Shown: positions 32,847-42,809 of the stretch, one piece after another
Layout of the letters: each line of letters begins with the position of its first letter
Numbering within the stretch: the stretch's first letter is position 1
Origin: an uncultured bacterium
Lineage (GTDB): Bacteria > Babelota > Babeliae > Babelales > Vermiphilaceae
Reading direction: 5' to 3'
Assembly (NCBI GenBank): GCA_963701085.1
Contig: OY969561.1
Location: forward strand, 992,001-1,056,000
DNA: 64,000 bases
Made by a program: the position numbers and the translations under genes
The notes under the pieces: model-generated
Databases searched by the model: none
What the model was told of the DNA's origin: nothing
The model's input: only the letters and a program-made list of their open reading frames with translations

Positions 32847-34781
32847 ATGGCAAAAGAACTCATAAGACCGGAACAATTCTGTACGGTCAAAATCAAAGCA
32901 AGCTTCGACCCATCTTCCTTACAACTTAATGAAGATCTTCAAAGAGAGCTTGATACTCTTTATAAAGGTGCCGTTGAAACATTTCAATTAGGTAAACTTA
33001 TCACCGGTACTATTATAGCAATAGAAGATAACGGTGTTCTTGTTGATATTAAATATAAATCACGTGGATTAGTGCCTCGCTATGAATTTGGCGAGTATGA
33101 ACTTAAAAAATTACATCCAGGTGATGTTATAGAAGTTATCCTTGATCAACTTGAAGATGCTGATGGCAGAATTGTATTATCATACGAAAAAGCTAAAGAA
33201 ATGCGCGCATGGGATGCTGTCACCAAGCTCTTTGAGAAAGGTGAACCAGCTGAAGGTATTGTTACGCATAAAGTTAAGGGTGGCTTGAACGTTGATATAG
33301 GTATTCCTGCATTCTTGCCGGGATCTCAAATTGATCTACAACGTGTCACTGATTTTGATCAATATGTTGGTCAAACCATTAAAGCTTGTATTCTTAAGTT
33401 AAACAAAAAACGTGGAAACGTTATTATTTCACGTCGTAAATACCTCCATGATCAACGTTCTGAAGATCGTAAGAAGATCTTAGAAACATTGACTGAAGGA
33501 CAAGTAATCCAAGGTGTTGTTAAAAATATTACCAACTATGGTGTATTTATAGACATAGGTGGTGTTGATGGACTTCTTCATATCACTGATATGACATGGG
33601 GCCGCGTTGCACATCCAAGTGAAATGGTACGCATTGGCGAAACTATCGCTGTTAAAGTTCTCAGCTTTGACAAAAACAATGAGAAAATTTCTCTTGGTCT
33701 TAAACAGTTGCAAACAAATCCTTGGGATCAAATTAGCCCAAGTATCGCTGTTGGTAATAAAATCAAAGGTCGTATTTCAAGCATTACCGATTATGGTTTA
33801 TTCATAGAAGTTGCTCCAGAAGTAGAAGGTTTAGTACATATTTCTGAAATTTCATGGACAGATCGTATTACGGATCTTAACCGTCTTTATAAGGTTGGTG
33901 AAGAGATTGAAGTGCTTGTTGTTTCTTTGGATAAAGAAAACCGTCGTATGTCATTGAGCATTAAACAACTTGGTAAAAATCCTTGGGAAATGGTGAACGA
34001 ACAGTTCAAGCCAGGTCAAACAATTAAAGGCAAAATTAGCAACATTACCGATTTTGGTATTTTTGTTCAATTGTTACCAGGCATTGATGGTTTAGTTCAT
34101 ATTTCTGATCTTTCATGGACAGAACATATTGAGCATCCATCAGACCGTTATAAACCAGGCCAAGAAGTTGAAGCAGCTATTTTGGCTATTGATAAAGATA
34201 ACAAAAAAATATCACTTGGCATTAAACAATTAACAATAGATCCATGGGAAAAAGTTGCAGAACAGTATCCTGTAAATTCAATTGTTGATGGTGAAATTAG
34301 CAAAATAACCAATTTTGGTGCATTTGTTAGATTGCCAAATAATATTGAAGGTCTTATGCATAATACAGTTCTTACTCAAGAACAGGGTAAAAAAGCTGAA
34401 GAATTCTTCACAGTAGGACAAAAGGCGCAATTCCGTATTGTTAATATTAACAAGGAAGAACGTAAGCTTGCTTTAAGTACACTTCTTGAAGAAAAGAAAC
34501 AAGAACTGAAAAAAGCTGAGCCTAAAAAAGTTGAACCTAAAAAAGAAAAATCAGAAGGTGCACGCCCGGCTCCACAGCAGCAAGCTCAGCCTAAACCTTC
34601 TTCCGCCAAAGCTTCCTCTTTTGTTGAAGCTTCAAAGGACAGGTCAGACGGCAGACAGCAACCTAAGAAAGAGAAAAAAGAAGAACCTCAACAACAAAAA
34701 GTGCGTGGTTCTTTACAAATTGCTCTTGAGTCTGCAATGCAAAAAACTGATAAAACAAGCAAGAATAATACAGAAGAATAG
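32847..34781 (+). CDS. rpsA: 30S ribosomal protein S1 with low-complexity C-terminal tail
   Basis: Six S1 repeats (NITNYGVFIDIGGVDGLLHITDMTW, etc.). Confidence 0.97.
   Translation: MAKELIRPEQFCTVKIKASFDPSSLQLNEDLQRELDTLYKGAVETFQLGKLITGTIIAIEDNGVLVDIKYKSRGLVPRYEFGEYELKKLHPGDVIEVILDQLEDADGRIVLSYEKAKEMRAWDAVTKLFEKGEPAEGIVTHKVKGGLNVDIGIPAFLPGSQIDLQRVTDFDQYVGQTIKACILKLNKKRGNVIISRRKYLHDQRSEDRKKILETLTEGQVIQGVVKNITNYGVFIDIGGVDGLLHITDMTWGRVAHPSEMVRIGETIAVKVLSFDKNNEKISLGLKQLQTNPWDQISPSIAVGNKIKGRISSITDYGLFIEVAPEVEGLVHISEISWTDRITDLNRLYKVGEEIEVLVVSLDKENRRMSLSIKQLGKNPWEMVNEQFKPGQTIKGKISNITDFGIFVQLLPGIDGLVHISDLSWTEHIEHPSDRYKPGQEVEAAILAIDKDNKKISLGIKQLTIDPWEKVAEQYPVNSIVDGEISKITNFGAFVRLPNNIEGLMHNTVLTQEQGKKAEEFFTVGQKAQFRIVNINKEERKLALSTLLEEKKQELKKAEPKKVEPKKEKSEGARPAPQQQAQPKPSSAKASSFVEASKDRSDGRQQPKKEKKEEPQQQKVRGSLQIALESAMQKTDKTSKNNTEE
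34596..34654 (+). repeat. Repeat family B (nested), in-frame in the rpsA tail
   Basis: CCTTCTTCCGCCAAAGCTTCCTCTTTTGTTGAAGCTTCAAAGGACAGGTCAGACGGCAG. Confidence 0.7.
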
Positions 34782-34799
34782 CACAGGAAGGCATATTCA

Positions 34800-35285
34800 A
34801 TGGAATTGACAAAATTGACCTTTGCGATGATTAAACCTGATGCTGTTGCCGCTAAGCATTGCGGTAAAATTATTGATATTATTGAGCATAATGGTTTTGA
34901 AATTGTTCGTATGCAAAAGGTTGTTATTGCTAAAGATTTAGCAGAAGAATTTTATGCAGTGCATAAAGATAGACCATTTTTTGCAGAACTCGTTGAGTTT
35001 GTTATCTCAGCTCCTGTCATTATTATGGCGCTTCACAAAGAAGATGCTATTAATTCATGGCGTGAATTGATTGGTGCTACTGATCCAGCTAAAGCAGCTG
35101 AAGGTACCATTCGCAATTCATTTGGAACCAGCATTGGTAACAACGCGGTTCATGGTTCAGATTCATCAGCAACTGCAGCAACTGAACTTGAAATGTTCTT
35201 CCCTGATTTATTTGAATATGAATCAGCGGGCGAAAACTGCTCAAAAGACAAATGTTCAGATGATGACGATTGCTGCGATCAATAA
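34800..35285 (+). CDS. ndk: Nucleoside-diphosphate kinase
   Basis: TFAMIKPDAV, FYAVHKDRPFF, GATDP, NAVHGSDS. Confidence 0.97.
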   Translation: MELTKLTFAMIKPDAVAAKHCGKIIDIIEHNGFEIVRMQKVVIAKDLAEEFYAVHKDRPFFAELVEFVISAPVIIMALHKEDAINSWRELIGATDPAKAAEGTIRNSFGTSIGNNAVHGSDSSATAATELEMFFPDLFEYESAGENCSKDKCSDDDDCCDQ

Positions 35286-35312
35286 TCGCACAGCGATAGT
35301 TATTAAAGAATA

Positions 35313-35353
35313 AAAAAAGATCTTGTAGATTAATTTCTGCAGGATCTTTTTTT
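35313..35353 (+). terminator. Terminator after ndk
   Basis: AAAAAAAGATCTTGTAGA...TCTGCAGGATCTTTTTTT. Confidence 0.7.
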
Positions 35354-35434
35354 TGCGTCGAGAGTAATATATAAGGTTAATGTTTTCTGCTATAATATTT
35401 TTAATAAAGCATTCAATAAATACAGAGGTTCTTC

Positions 35435-36220
35435 ATGATAAAGCAGATAGTTATTGTTTTGGTTTTCAGCATCATAATGCAAGCATCTGCTATGGAAATA
35501 CAACCTACAATAGATGATAAAAAATTGTGTTATTTGACCTGCATGCCCGTTGATGTGCAAAATCATATATTATTTTTTGTGAAAGATGATGAAACAGAAG
35601 AAGAGTTTATTGCGCGAATTAAAAATTTAGAAAAATCTTATGCGCATGAGCTGTGTGCAAAATATAATTTGTATGCTAAGCATGGTAGGCACGATTTTCA
35701 TGATATTGCTTTTTGTCTTGATGAATCGAAGTATGTTGTTTATGATTGGACTTCTCGGTTATTAAGATTGGTTGATAGAAAAGAAGATAAAATTTTGCAT
35801 AGTAAAGAGATATGTTGCAATAACAGAATATTTTTGATGCTTGCTCTTTCTCGCCATGCTAATATGATTGCAATGTTCGAACGTTCTAGCCATACAGAGG
35901 AGATTCGTAATGGGGTATTTCATGTAGTCATAGAAAATATTGTTACACACAAAAAATGGGAATTTGAACGATCGCTTCGCTTTGGGGAGACTATAAATGT
36001 ATTTGAATTTAATAAGCAAGGAACTCATCTCATTATAAAAGGAAGTAGTATTTGTTTACAATCGTCCAATGAAATATTGTCTCATTTGATTGTGCCAATT
36101 TTCAATGAAAAGAAAAAGACTGATACGCTACTCAAAATAGAAGATTTTAATCAAAAAACCCCATTTCAGCAGTATTTGATAGAGCGGCGGATTTGTAAGA
36201 GCATTGAATACAAAAAGTAA
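35435..36220 (+). CDS. Secreted hypothetical protein with F-box-like motif and beta-propeller-like remnant
   Basis: Signal peptide ...QASA-ME; LTCMPVDVQNHILFFV; FEFNKQGTHLII. Confidence 0.65.
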   Translation: MIKQIVIVLVFSIIMQASAMEIQPTIDDKKLCYLTCMPVDVQNHILFFVKDDETEEEFIARIKNLEKSYAHELCAKYNLYAKHGRHDFHDIAFCLDESKYVVYDWTSRLLRLVDRKEDKILHSKEICCNNRIFLMLALSRHANMIAMFERSSHTEEIRNGVFHVVIENIVTHKKWEFERSLRFGETINVFEFNKQGTHLIIKGSSICLQSSNEILSHLIVPIFNEKKKTDTLLKIEDFNQKTPFQQYLIERRICKSIEYKK

Positions 36221-36256
36221 TCCTACGGAGATTATCCGTAGGATTACTTTTTTTTA
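36215..36256. terminator. Bidirectional terminator
   Basis: AAAAAGTAATCCTACGGA-GATTA-TCCGTAGGATTACTTTTT. Confidence 0.8.
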
Positions 36257-36270
36257 TTTACATAATTGTT

Positions 36271-37227
36271 TTAGACAACTTTGAGCCAGAGACCTTTTGC
36301 TCTGTCTATTTTGCGTGATAATGAGTCGACTGATTCTGAGACCCTGTCTAACACATGTTGATGCCTTGCAGGAACATTTTTGAGATCTTCCTTGATGTTA
36401 TTTAATTTAGTAAGAAGATCTTTTGCTTGGGTTAACTGATATGCTGTTGAAATTTCCTTTGATAATATCTCTGATTTGCGGAGATTATGCCATGATTTGA
36501 TTGCGGCATGTTGTTTTTTTGTTTCAGCCGAACCACGCATATGCTGTTTTGGCGCGTGATGTTTTTTAGCCGTTCCACTTTCTTGCGTAAGTTTTGCACC
36601 GTGAGTACCAGCGTGCCAATCTATGTCATAGGCAATTCCGTATGAGTTACCTACGATCAAGTTGTGTATAGCGAGCTTGATTGTGTTGCTCCATGGTTGT
36701 CCTAAAATCATTTCTTGGTCGTTCATTGCAGCGCGTATATCTTTAAGCTCTGCATGGAGTCTTCTTTGTTTTTTTTCTGCTTGGCTGCGTACGTCAGCTT
36801 TGCCTGGCTTTGCGGTATCAATGATAAGACCGACATCTGTCATATCGCGTATTTTCAGTCTGTTGCTCTCAAGTTCTATTTTGAGTGAATTTTCACGCAT
36901 GAGTAAATCTGCGAGTGTTAGCGCTGCTTGGCGTCTTTGTGCTGGGTTGTATCCTTTTATGATATTGGTACCAAATGTTTTAAGGTCATTAAGGTTATCG
37001 AGTAATGTTTGTGCAGCTTCACGAGCATTTTTTAAGGATATTTGCTTTTCAGCATCTCCTACAGATGCTTTAAAGACTATATTTGCTGTTTCGACATTTG
37101 CTCCTAATTCTCTAATAACTTGTTGCCCGAGTACCGGTGCTTCGGGTGCTGCAACACTATTGTTAATTATTGTAATGGCGGCTATGACTGTTCCAAGAAC
37201 TATATTCATCATTTTTTTCATAAACAA
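36271..37227 (-). CDS. Secreted helical hypothetical protein
   Basis: Signal peptide ending SVAA; coiled-coil-like composition. Confidence 0.7.
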   Translation of the reverse strand: MFMKKMMNIVLGTVIAAITIINNSVAAPEAPVLGQQVIRELGANVETANIVFKASVGDAEKQISLKNAREAAQTLLDNLNDLKTFGTNIIKGYNPAQRRQAALTLADLLMRENSLKIELESNRLKIRDMTDVGLIIDTAKPGKADVRSQAEKKQRRLHAELKDIRAAMNDQEMILGQPWSNTIKLAIHNLIVGNSYGIAYDIDWHAGTHGAKLTQESGTAKKHHAPKQHMRGSAETKKQHAAIKSWHNLRKSEILSKEISTAYQLTQAKDLLTKLNNIKEDLKNVPARHQHVLDRVSESVDSLSRKIDRAKGLWLKVV

Positions 37228-37460
37228 ATTCCTTTTTTTTGATCTTTTTAACCCATTTTTCTCATGATAGGCTTATCTGTTTCAAATTGTCAACGGCTTA
37301 AAAAAAGAATGATTAAACTTCTATTATATGTGTAAAAAGTATTACGAGTAGTGATATGAACAAATTTTGAATATTTTTTTTAGTACATGCATATAAAAAT
37401 TTGACTGTAAAAATGGTCCGGCTTATGCTAAGTATAGAGCTTTTTTTTAGAAGAGATTGT

Positions 37461-38297
37461 ATGCATATCATCAAAAAGATTCGGACTATTTTTTTTGTTT
37501 TCTTTCTGTCTATGGCGGTTGAAACCAAAGCTCAATCAGTTTTTATACTTATCCATGGAACATGGGGGGCTGATTGTAGTTGGTATACGCCAAGCGGTGA
37601 TTTTTTTGATGCACTAGAAGATACGGTGTGTGAAAAAAACAGTGTTGTCGTTCCTTTCCGTTGGAGTGGTGGTTGTGGCCATGATTCCCGCGTAAAAGCG
37701 GCGCATGTTTTGATAAAACTTATCAAAACATATGATCCTAGTACGGCAATTTTTGTGATTGCTCATAGTCATGGTGGTAATGTGGTAACATTAGCATCGC
37801 ATCTTTTGGCGCAGGAAGAAGACAATAAACACCGTATTCGTGCTTTATTTGCCTTGGGAACACCGGTAATGAGTAACTATTTGCCGAATATGAAAGTTAT
37901 ACAATATGTGTATAATTTGTTTTCTTTTGAAGATATTATCCAGACGGTCTTGGGTATATCAGTGCGTGAATTTCCTGAACATAAACGCATAGCTAATTTA
38001 CGTGTTGTTATTAATGGAAAAGAGCCAGATCATGCAGGGCTTCATCATCCTTTGGTTGGTAAATGGATTGCTTACATTCATCAGCATTTTAAACAATATT
38101 TAGAAGGTAAAGATGTGATTGATCATATATCAGAGCCAAGCGTAGTCTATTTTGACGATAACAAGGCTCCTGAGTATGAGCAAGATATGTATAGAAATGA
38201 TTTGCTTGAGCGTGATCGTCAGCTTTCTGTATTAATACTTAATTCTTTACGGAATTCCTTAGAAACAGGGTCCAATATTCCATTAACAAATCTGTAA
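37461..38297 (+). CDS. Secreted alpha/beta hydrolase
   Basis: ILIHGTW; IAHSHGG nucleophile elbow; LGTP; signal peptide; 3' end overlaps nusB. Confidence 0.8.
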   Translation: MHIIKKIRTIFFVFFLSMAVETKAQSVFILIHGTWGADCSWYTPSGDFFDALEDTVCEKNSVVVPFRWSGGCGHDSRVKAAHVLIKLIKTYDPSTAIFVIAHSHGGNVVTLASHLLAQEEDNKHRIRALFALGTPVMSNYLPNMKVIQYVYNLFSFEDIIQTVLGISVREFPEHKRIANLRVVINGKEPDHAGLHHPLVGKWIAYIHQHFKQYLEGKDVIDHISEPSVVYFDDNKAPEYEQDMYRNDLLERDRQLSVLILNSLRNSLETGSNIPLTNL

Positions 38298-38740
38298 GCA
38301 TCTTCCTCGGCAAAGCATTTTGCAAGTTCAATTGCTTCATTAATGATAATGCGAGCATCAGTTTCGGTGTATTTAAGTTCCCAAATAGCAAACAATAAGA
38401 TCAGCTTTGTGCAAACACTTATGCGTTCAGAGCGCCAGTTTGCAAGATAGGGCTCATAAATTTTTTCAAGCTCATCGCGTTTGGTAATGATTGCGTTAAC
38501 TATGTTAAATAGTTCGCCGTTCAAGGGTACATTAAGATCAAAACCACGATTAAAGTTATCTATAATAGACTGCAGAGACTCCTCGTAATTAAAGGCATCT
38601 GCTGCATAGAGAAAGTGAAAAACAAGAGAGCGAACATCACGCCGAGATAAATCATCATATGATTTAGGCATTATTTGCTCGCCATCTTGTTGAGTAATAT
38701 CTTCTGTTGATGTAAAAGAACACATATTAAATTCCCCCAT
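38219..38740 (-). CDS. nusB: Transcription antitermination factor NusB
   Basis: SRRDVR; NWRSERI; IINEAIELAKCF; FVNGILD. Confidence 0.93.
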   Translation of the reverse strand: MGEFNMCSFTSTEDITQQDGEQIMPKSYDDLSRRDVRSLVFHFLYAADAFNYEESLQSIIDNFNRGFDLNVPLNGELFNIVNAIITKRDELEKIYEPYLANWRSERISVCTKLILLFAIWELKYTETDARIIINEAIELAKCFAEEDAYRFVNGILDPVSKEFRKELSINTES

Positions 38741-38766
38741 AAAATTTAATTTAATCAGATTAAAAA

Positions 38767-38806
38767 CCGCTCGCCCTGAGTGCCCCGTTAGGGGTGTATC
38801 GAAGGA
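38767..38806 (+). repeat. REP-like repeat family A (single unit)
   Basis: CCGCTCGCCCTGAGTGCCCCGTTAGGGGTGTATCGAAGG, near-identical to 50784-50823. Confidence 0.85.
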
Positions 38807-38811
38807 TCAAT

Positions 38812-39378
38812 TTATTTTTTAACACGTTCCATATAATTTCTGTCGCGTGTGTCTATCTTAATGACATCGCCTTCATTAACGAATAAAGGAACTTGGAGAA
38901 CAAGTCCAGATTCAAGAGTTGCTGGTTTTGTTGCACCACCTTGAGCTGTATCACCTCTAACGCCAGGCATTGTTTCTTTAATGGTCATTTCCATGAACAT
39001 TGGTGGAGTTACCGCTATTGGCTTACCTTCAAAATTAAGTACGGTGTAAACTGCTTGTTCTTTTAAGAAATCGAGTACTTCTTCAACTTGATCTTTGTTG
39101 AATGAAACTTGATCGTAGGTATTCTGATCCATGAAGTGGTATAAGCCGTTGTCTGAGTAAAGATATTGCATTTCATTGTATTCCAGGTCTGGTTGTTCAA
39201 ATTTTTCACCAGAGCGGAATGTATCTTCCCAGATAAGTCCAGTTATCATGTTTCTCATTTTTGTTTTAACAAAAGCGCCACCTTTTCCTGGTTTTACGTG
39301 ATGATAGTCAAGAACCATGTAGGGAGCGTTATTATAAAGTATTTTTATACCTTTTTTAAAATCTGTCGTAGCGATCAT
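38812..39378 (-). CDS. efp: Elongation factor P
   Basis: HVKPGKGGAFV, PGVRGDTA, VPLFVNEGD. Confidence 0.97.
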   Translation of the reverse strand: MIATTDFKKGIKILYNNAPYMVLDYHHVKPGKGGAFVKTKMRNMITGLIWEDTFRSGEKFEQPDLEYNEMQYLYSDNGLYHFMDQNTYDQVSFNKDQVEEVLDFLKEQAVYTVLNFEGKPIAVTPPMFMEMTIKETMPGVRGDTAQGGATKPATLESGLVLQVPLFVNEGDVIKIDTRDRNYMERVKK

Positions 39379-39544
39379 TATAATTTCCTTGGGTTGACGC
39401 AATTAGTCCTTCTCTTAGTATAAAAAAACCCTTTAAAAAAGGCAAATGGCGTCATAATAGGCCATTATGGCAAAAATACCTAAATTCGCATAATCTATAT
39501 ATTCATCGATTGGCCTCAAAACTTCTTAACCTTTGGAAATAGTC

Positions 39545-40777
39545 ATGAACTTGAATATAAAAGACCCACACATATTTCAGATGATTGAACGTGAAAAACA
39601 ACGTCAGGATCAGACGATAAATCTTATTGCCTCAGAAAATTATGCCTCAGGAGCGGTTATGGAAGCAACCGGGTCAGTGTTGACTAATAAATATGCCGAA
39701 GGGTATGCAGGTAAACGTTATTATCCTGGTTGTGCGGTGATTGATGAAGTTGAGCTCTTAGCAATAGAGCGTTGTAAAGAACTTTTTCATGCAGAACATG
39801 CAAACGTGCAGCCACATTCCGGTTCACAAGCAAACATGGCGGTTTATTTTTCTCTTTTGCAGCCGGGCGATACCATTTTAGGCATGAGTTTAAGTTCTGG
39901 AGGGCATCTGACGCATGGACATGGTGTTAATTTTTCCGGTACTTTATTTAAAAGCGTGCAGTATACCGTTGACCAGGAATCAGAACTTCTTGATTATAGC
40001 GCCATTGAAGAAATGGCGCATAAATGTCAGCCAAAATTGATTATTTCAGGGGCATCGGCTTATTCACGTACCATTGATTTTGAACGATTAGCTCAAATAG
40101 CACAGAGCGTTAATGCTCTTTTACTTGCCGATATTGCGCATATTGCCGGATTAGTTGCTGCCCGTCTGCATCCAAGTCCTATTAATTACGCTGATTTCAC
40201 CACGAGCACAACACATAAAACATTGCGCGGCCCACGTGGAGGACTTATTATGACGTCTGCTGCTCACGCAGCTAAAATTGATCGCTCTATTATGCCGGGA
40301 ATGCAAGGTGGGCCATTAATGAATACCATTGCTGCAAAAGCGGTAGCATTTCATGAAGCGCTGCAACCATCTTTTGTTGAATATCAAAAACAGATTATTA
40401 ACAATGCCAAAAACATGGCTGATGAGTTAATTAATTTGGGATATCGCATAGTTGCTGGTGGCACCGATAATCATCTTTTTATTGTTGATTTGCGGTCAAA
40501 AAATATTACGGGGTTAAAAGCAGAAACTGCGCTTGAAAAGGCGGGAATTACCGTCACGCGCAGTTGTATTCCCTTTGATCCTGAAAAACCATGGATAACG
40601 AGTGGCATTCGTATTGGCACGCCGGCTATTACCACGCGTGGCATGCAGGTTGAGACTGCCAAAGAGATAGCACATTTGATTGATGATGTTATTCGGCATC
40701 ATGATAATGAAACGGCGTTGAATGCGACAAAAATTAAGGTTCGGGCTTTGTGTGCAGAGTTTCCGATAAACGTTTAA
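39545..40777 (+). CDS. glyA: Serine hydroxymethyltransferase
   Basis: [52 protein letters not shown]. Confidence 0.97.
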   Translation: MNLNIKDPHIFQMIEREKQRQDQTINLIASENYASGAVMEATGSVLTNKYAEGYAGKRYYPGCAVIDEVELLAIERCKELFHAEHANVQPHSGSQANMAVYFSLLQPGDTILGMSLSSGGHLTHGHGVNFSGTLFKSVQYTVDQESELLDYSAIEEMAHKCQPKLIISGASAYSRTIDFERLAQIAQSVNALLLADIAHIAGLVAARLHPSPINYADFTTSTTHKTLRGPRGGLIMTSAAHAAKIDRSIMPGMQGGPLMNTIAAKAVAFHEALQPSFVEYQKQIINNAKNMADELINLGYRIVAGGTDNHLFIVDLRSKNITGLKAETALEKAGITVTRSCIPFDPEKPWITSGIRIGTPAITTRGMQVETAKEIAHLIDDVIRHHDNETALNATKIKVRALCAEFPINV

Positions 40778-40837
40778 TAATAATTTTCTTGTTTGATTTA
40801 GGTTTTAATTTTTAGATATTTGCTTTTCATTGATGAC

Positions 40838-40863
40838 AAATGATATCATATATGATATCATTT
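40838..40863. promoter_or_regulatory. Perfect 26-bp palindrome, probable hicAB operator
   Basis: AAATGATATCATATATGATATCATTT about 35 bp upstream of hicA. Confidence 0.7.
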
Positions 40864-40898
40864 TAATTGTGTAAATCTTTCAAAGGAAAAGATATCTT

Positions 40899-41126
40899 AT
40901 GAGTAAAATTGAGAAATTAATTCAGAAGATTTTTGATCATCAGCAAGTATCTTATAGCGATGCAGAAAAGATATTATTAGGTTTAGGGTATGAGTTAAAG
41001 ATTAGAGGATCGCATCATGTTTTTAGAAAAAATGGCTATAAACATGTAACTATTAAAAAGCGACCACAGTTGTTATCATATCAACTTAAAGATTTAGAGG
41101 AGGTTTTAAAAGATCATGGCTATTAA
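40899..41126 (+). CDS. hicA: HicA-family toxin (mRNA interferase)
   Basis: 75 aa; LGY...RGSHHVFRK motif. Confidence 0.88.
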   Translation: MSKIEKLIQKIFDHQQVSYSDAEKILLGLGYELKIRGSHHVFRKNGYKHVTIKKRPQLLSYQLKDLEEVLKDHGY

Positions 41127-41502
41127 AAAACAGTACAAAAAATTAAGTTATTATCTCAATTTGCCATGGACATACACGGTTGAACAAGCAAGAGATGAGA
41201 ATGATAGTAAAATATATGTTGTGTGTGTTAATGAATTGCCGGGAATATGCACGGATGCTTCATCAGTGGATGAGGCGATGAAGTTAATTCAAGAGCCAAT
41301 ATCTGCAGCAATCGAATTTTATATGGAAAATAATCAAGATATTCCAGAGCCGATCAGCCCAGAAGATTTTAAAGGTAATATAGCATACAGGACAACAAGC
41401 AGACGGCACTATCTTATTAGTAAAGAGGCACAGAAAAGAAAATTGTCCTTAAGTCAGTTGATTGATAATTTAGTTGATACGGTATTGATGGATAAGCGGT
41501 AA
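41116..41502 (+). CDS. hicB: HicB-family antitoxin
   Basis: YYLNLPW; ELPGI.T....DEA; IPEP; FKGNIAYR...H RHH-type tail; overlaps hicA. Confidence 0.88.
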   Translation: MAIKKQYKKLSYYLNLPWTYTVEQARDENDSKIYVVCVNELPGICTDASSVDEAMKLIQEPISAAIEFYMENNQDIPEPISPEDFKGNIAYRTTSRRHYLISKEAQKRKLSLSQLIDNLVDTVLMDKR

Positions 41503-41525
41503 TATAAAATTGATGAAATAATGAT

Positions 41526-41554
41526 AAAAACTCCGATTAAATTCGGAGTTTTTT
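41526..41554. terminator. Bidirectional terminator
   Basis: AAAAACTCCGA-TTAAAT-TCGGAGTTTTT. Confidence 0.75.
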
Positions 41555-41689
41555 ATTTTTGTTTTTTACTGTATGGGTTGCAGGAGACTTAAGGATTTCT
41601 ATTATTGTTGAACGTAATTTTATTTTGCCTTCTTTATAGGCAATGATTTCTTTGAGCCCTGTTTTTAAGTCTGTGTAAAATTTACTCAT
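41537..41689 (-). pseudogene. 50-aa ORF resembling the N-terminus of an XRE/HigA-type antitoxin, lacking the HTH
   Basis: MSKFYTDLKTGLKEIIAYKEGKIKLRSTIIEILKSP...; ATGA overlap with the upstream gene. Confidence 0.5.
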
Positions 41690-42798
41690 TTATATTTTCC
41701 CCAATTGAAGTCATATCTGCGTTTGATATCTTCATATGTATCTGTTTCTGGCAAAATGGATTCCATCCTAAAACCACGTCTTTTGAGGGTGTCAATATTA
41801 GTTTCTTTGAAGCTATTTATAGTCTGATCTTTTATATAATCGCCAGCTTTATCGCAATAATTGCCAATAACAACACCGGAGAAATTTAAGGTCGCTGTTC
41901 TGAGTTCGGATATAATTATGGGCAATACTTTTACTGCTATTGGGGGAGATAGTTCTTCTGTTAACATATGACTCCCTAGCCTCACTAGTAATGTTAGTCC
42001 TATAGTAATAGTTGTGGTTAGGGGTGCTAATTCTGAAGCAATTATTCCTGCACCTAAACCAATGTATGTTTCAGGGGATATTATTTGAGCTGCAATAATG
42101 GTGCAAGCTTTTAGGGTGAATCTTGTTATTAGTTTGGCTTTTGAGCCCAGTAGCTCTGCATTTTTTGTTCTTGCAGTGATATTATCTCCCAATAACTTGT
42201 TAATAAATGAAGGTTCTTGGTAATTGGTGTTAATAAAAATATCTTTACCATACAACTGTGCTAGATTTTCTCGTTGTTCCCTTCGTAAGCCTTGAAGCCG
42301 ATTAAACATTCCTTGTGAGAATTTTCTATCTTTACCTTCTATGGTAATAGGTTGATTGTCTTTACGATTTGCGTTAGTAATGAGATATAATATAGCTTCC
42401 AGCTGACCTTTATTAAAGGAGGTTATTTTTGAGTTCGAAAGTATTTTCTTAAGCGATTCGTTAGTAAAAAGTAATTCGTTACAAAAAGGACCAGTTTTTA
42501 AACTTTTGCTATACTGATAAGGCAATTGGATACTCATTGTTACTATTAAATTGGTTACGTCTTTGGGGAAAATTTCTTTATCATTCATTTCCTTTGCCCA
42601 GCGTAATTCATCAATAATAGAACGATCCGCATCAATGTCTTTTTTTATAAAATCACCGTATTTGGCATTAATATCTTCTATTGGTTGATACGAGCTACAG
42701 GTTCTTGCCACAAAATGCCAACTTTTTTGTGTATCCATGCTGTATAATGGAGCTGAGATTATCGATAAACTTGTTAAAAAAACAAGGAGCTTTTTCAT
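41686..42798 (-). CDS. Secreted hypothetical protein with hydrophobic C-terminal region
   Basis: GAGG RBS; MKKLLVFLTSLSIISAPLYS-MD; IFPKDVTNLIV F-box-like motif. Confidence 0.7.
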   Translation of the reverse strand: MKKLLVFLTSLSIISAPLYSMDTQKSWHFVARTCSSYQPIEDINAKYGDFIKKDIDADRSIIDELRWAKEMNDKEIFPKDVTNLIVTMSIQLPYQYSKSLKTGPFCNELLFTNESLKKILSNSKITSFNKGQLEAILYLITNANRKDNQPITIEGKDRKFSQGMFNRLQGLRREQRENLAQLYGKDIFINTNYQEPSFINKLLGDNITARTKNAELLGSKAKLITRFTLKACTIIAAQIISPETYIGLGAGIIASELAPLTTTITIGLTLLVRLGSHMLTEELSPPIAVKVLPIIISELRTATLNFSGVVIGNYCDKAGDYIKDQTINSFKETNIDTLKRRGFRMESILPETDTYEDIKRRYDFNWGKYK

Positions 42799-42809
42799 AT
42801 GCGAGGTAC

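Noticed and set aside
36662-37267. 201-aa plus-strand ORF
   Set aside because: Antisense shadow of 36271-37227; the same applies to most short overlapping ORFs in the track
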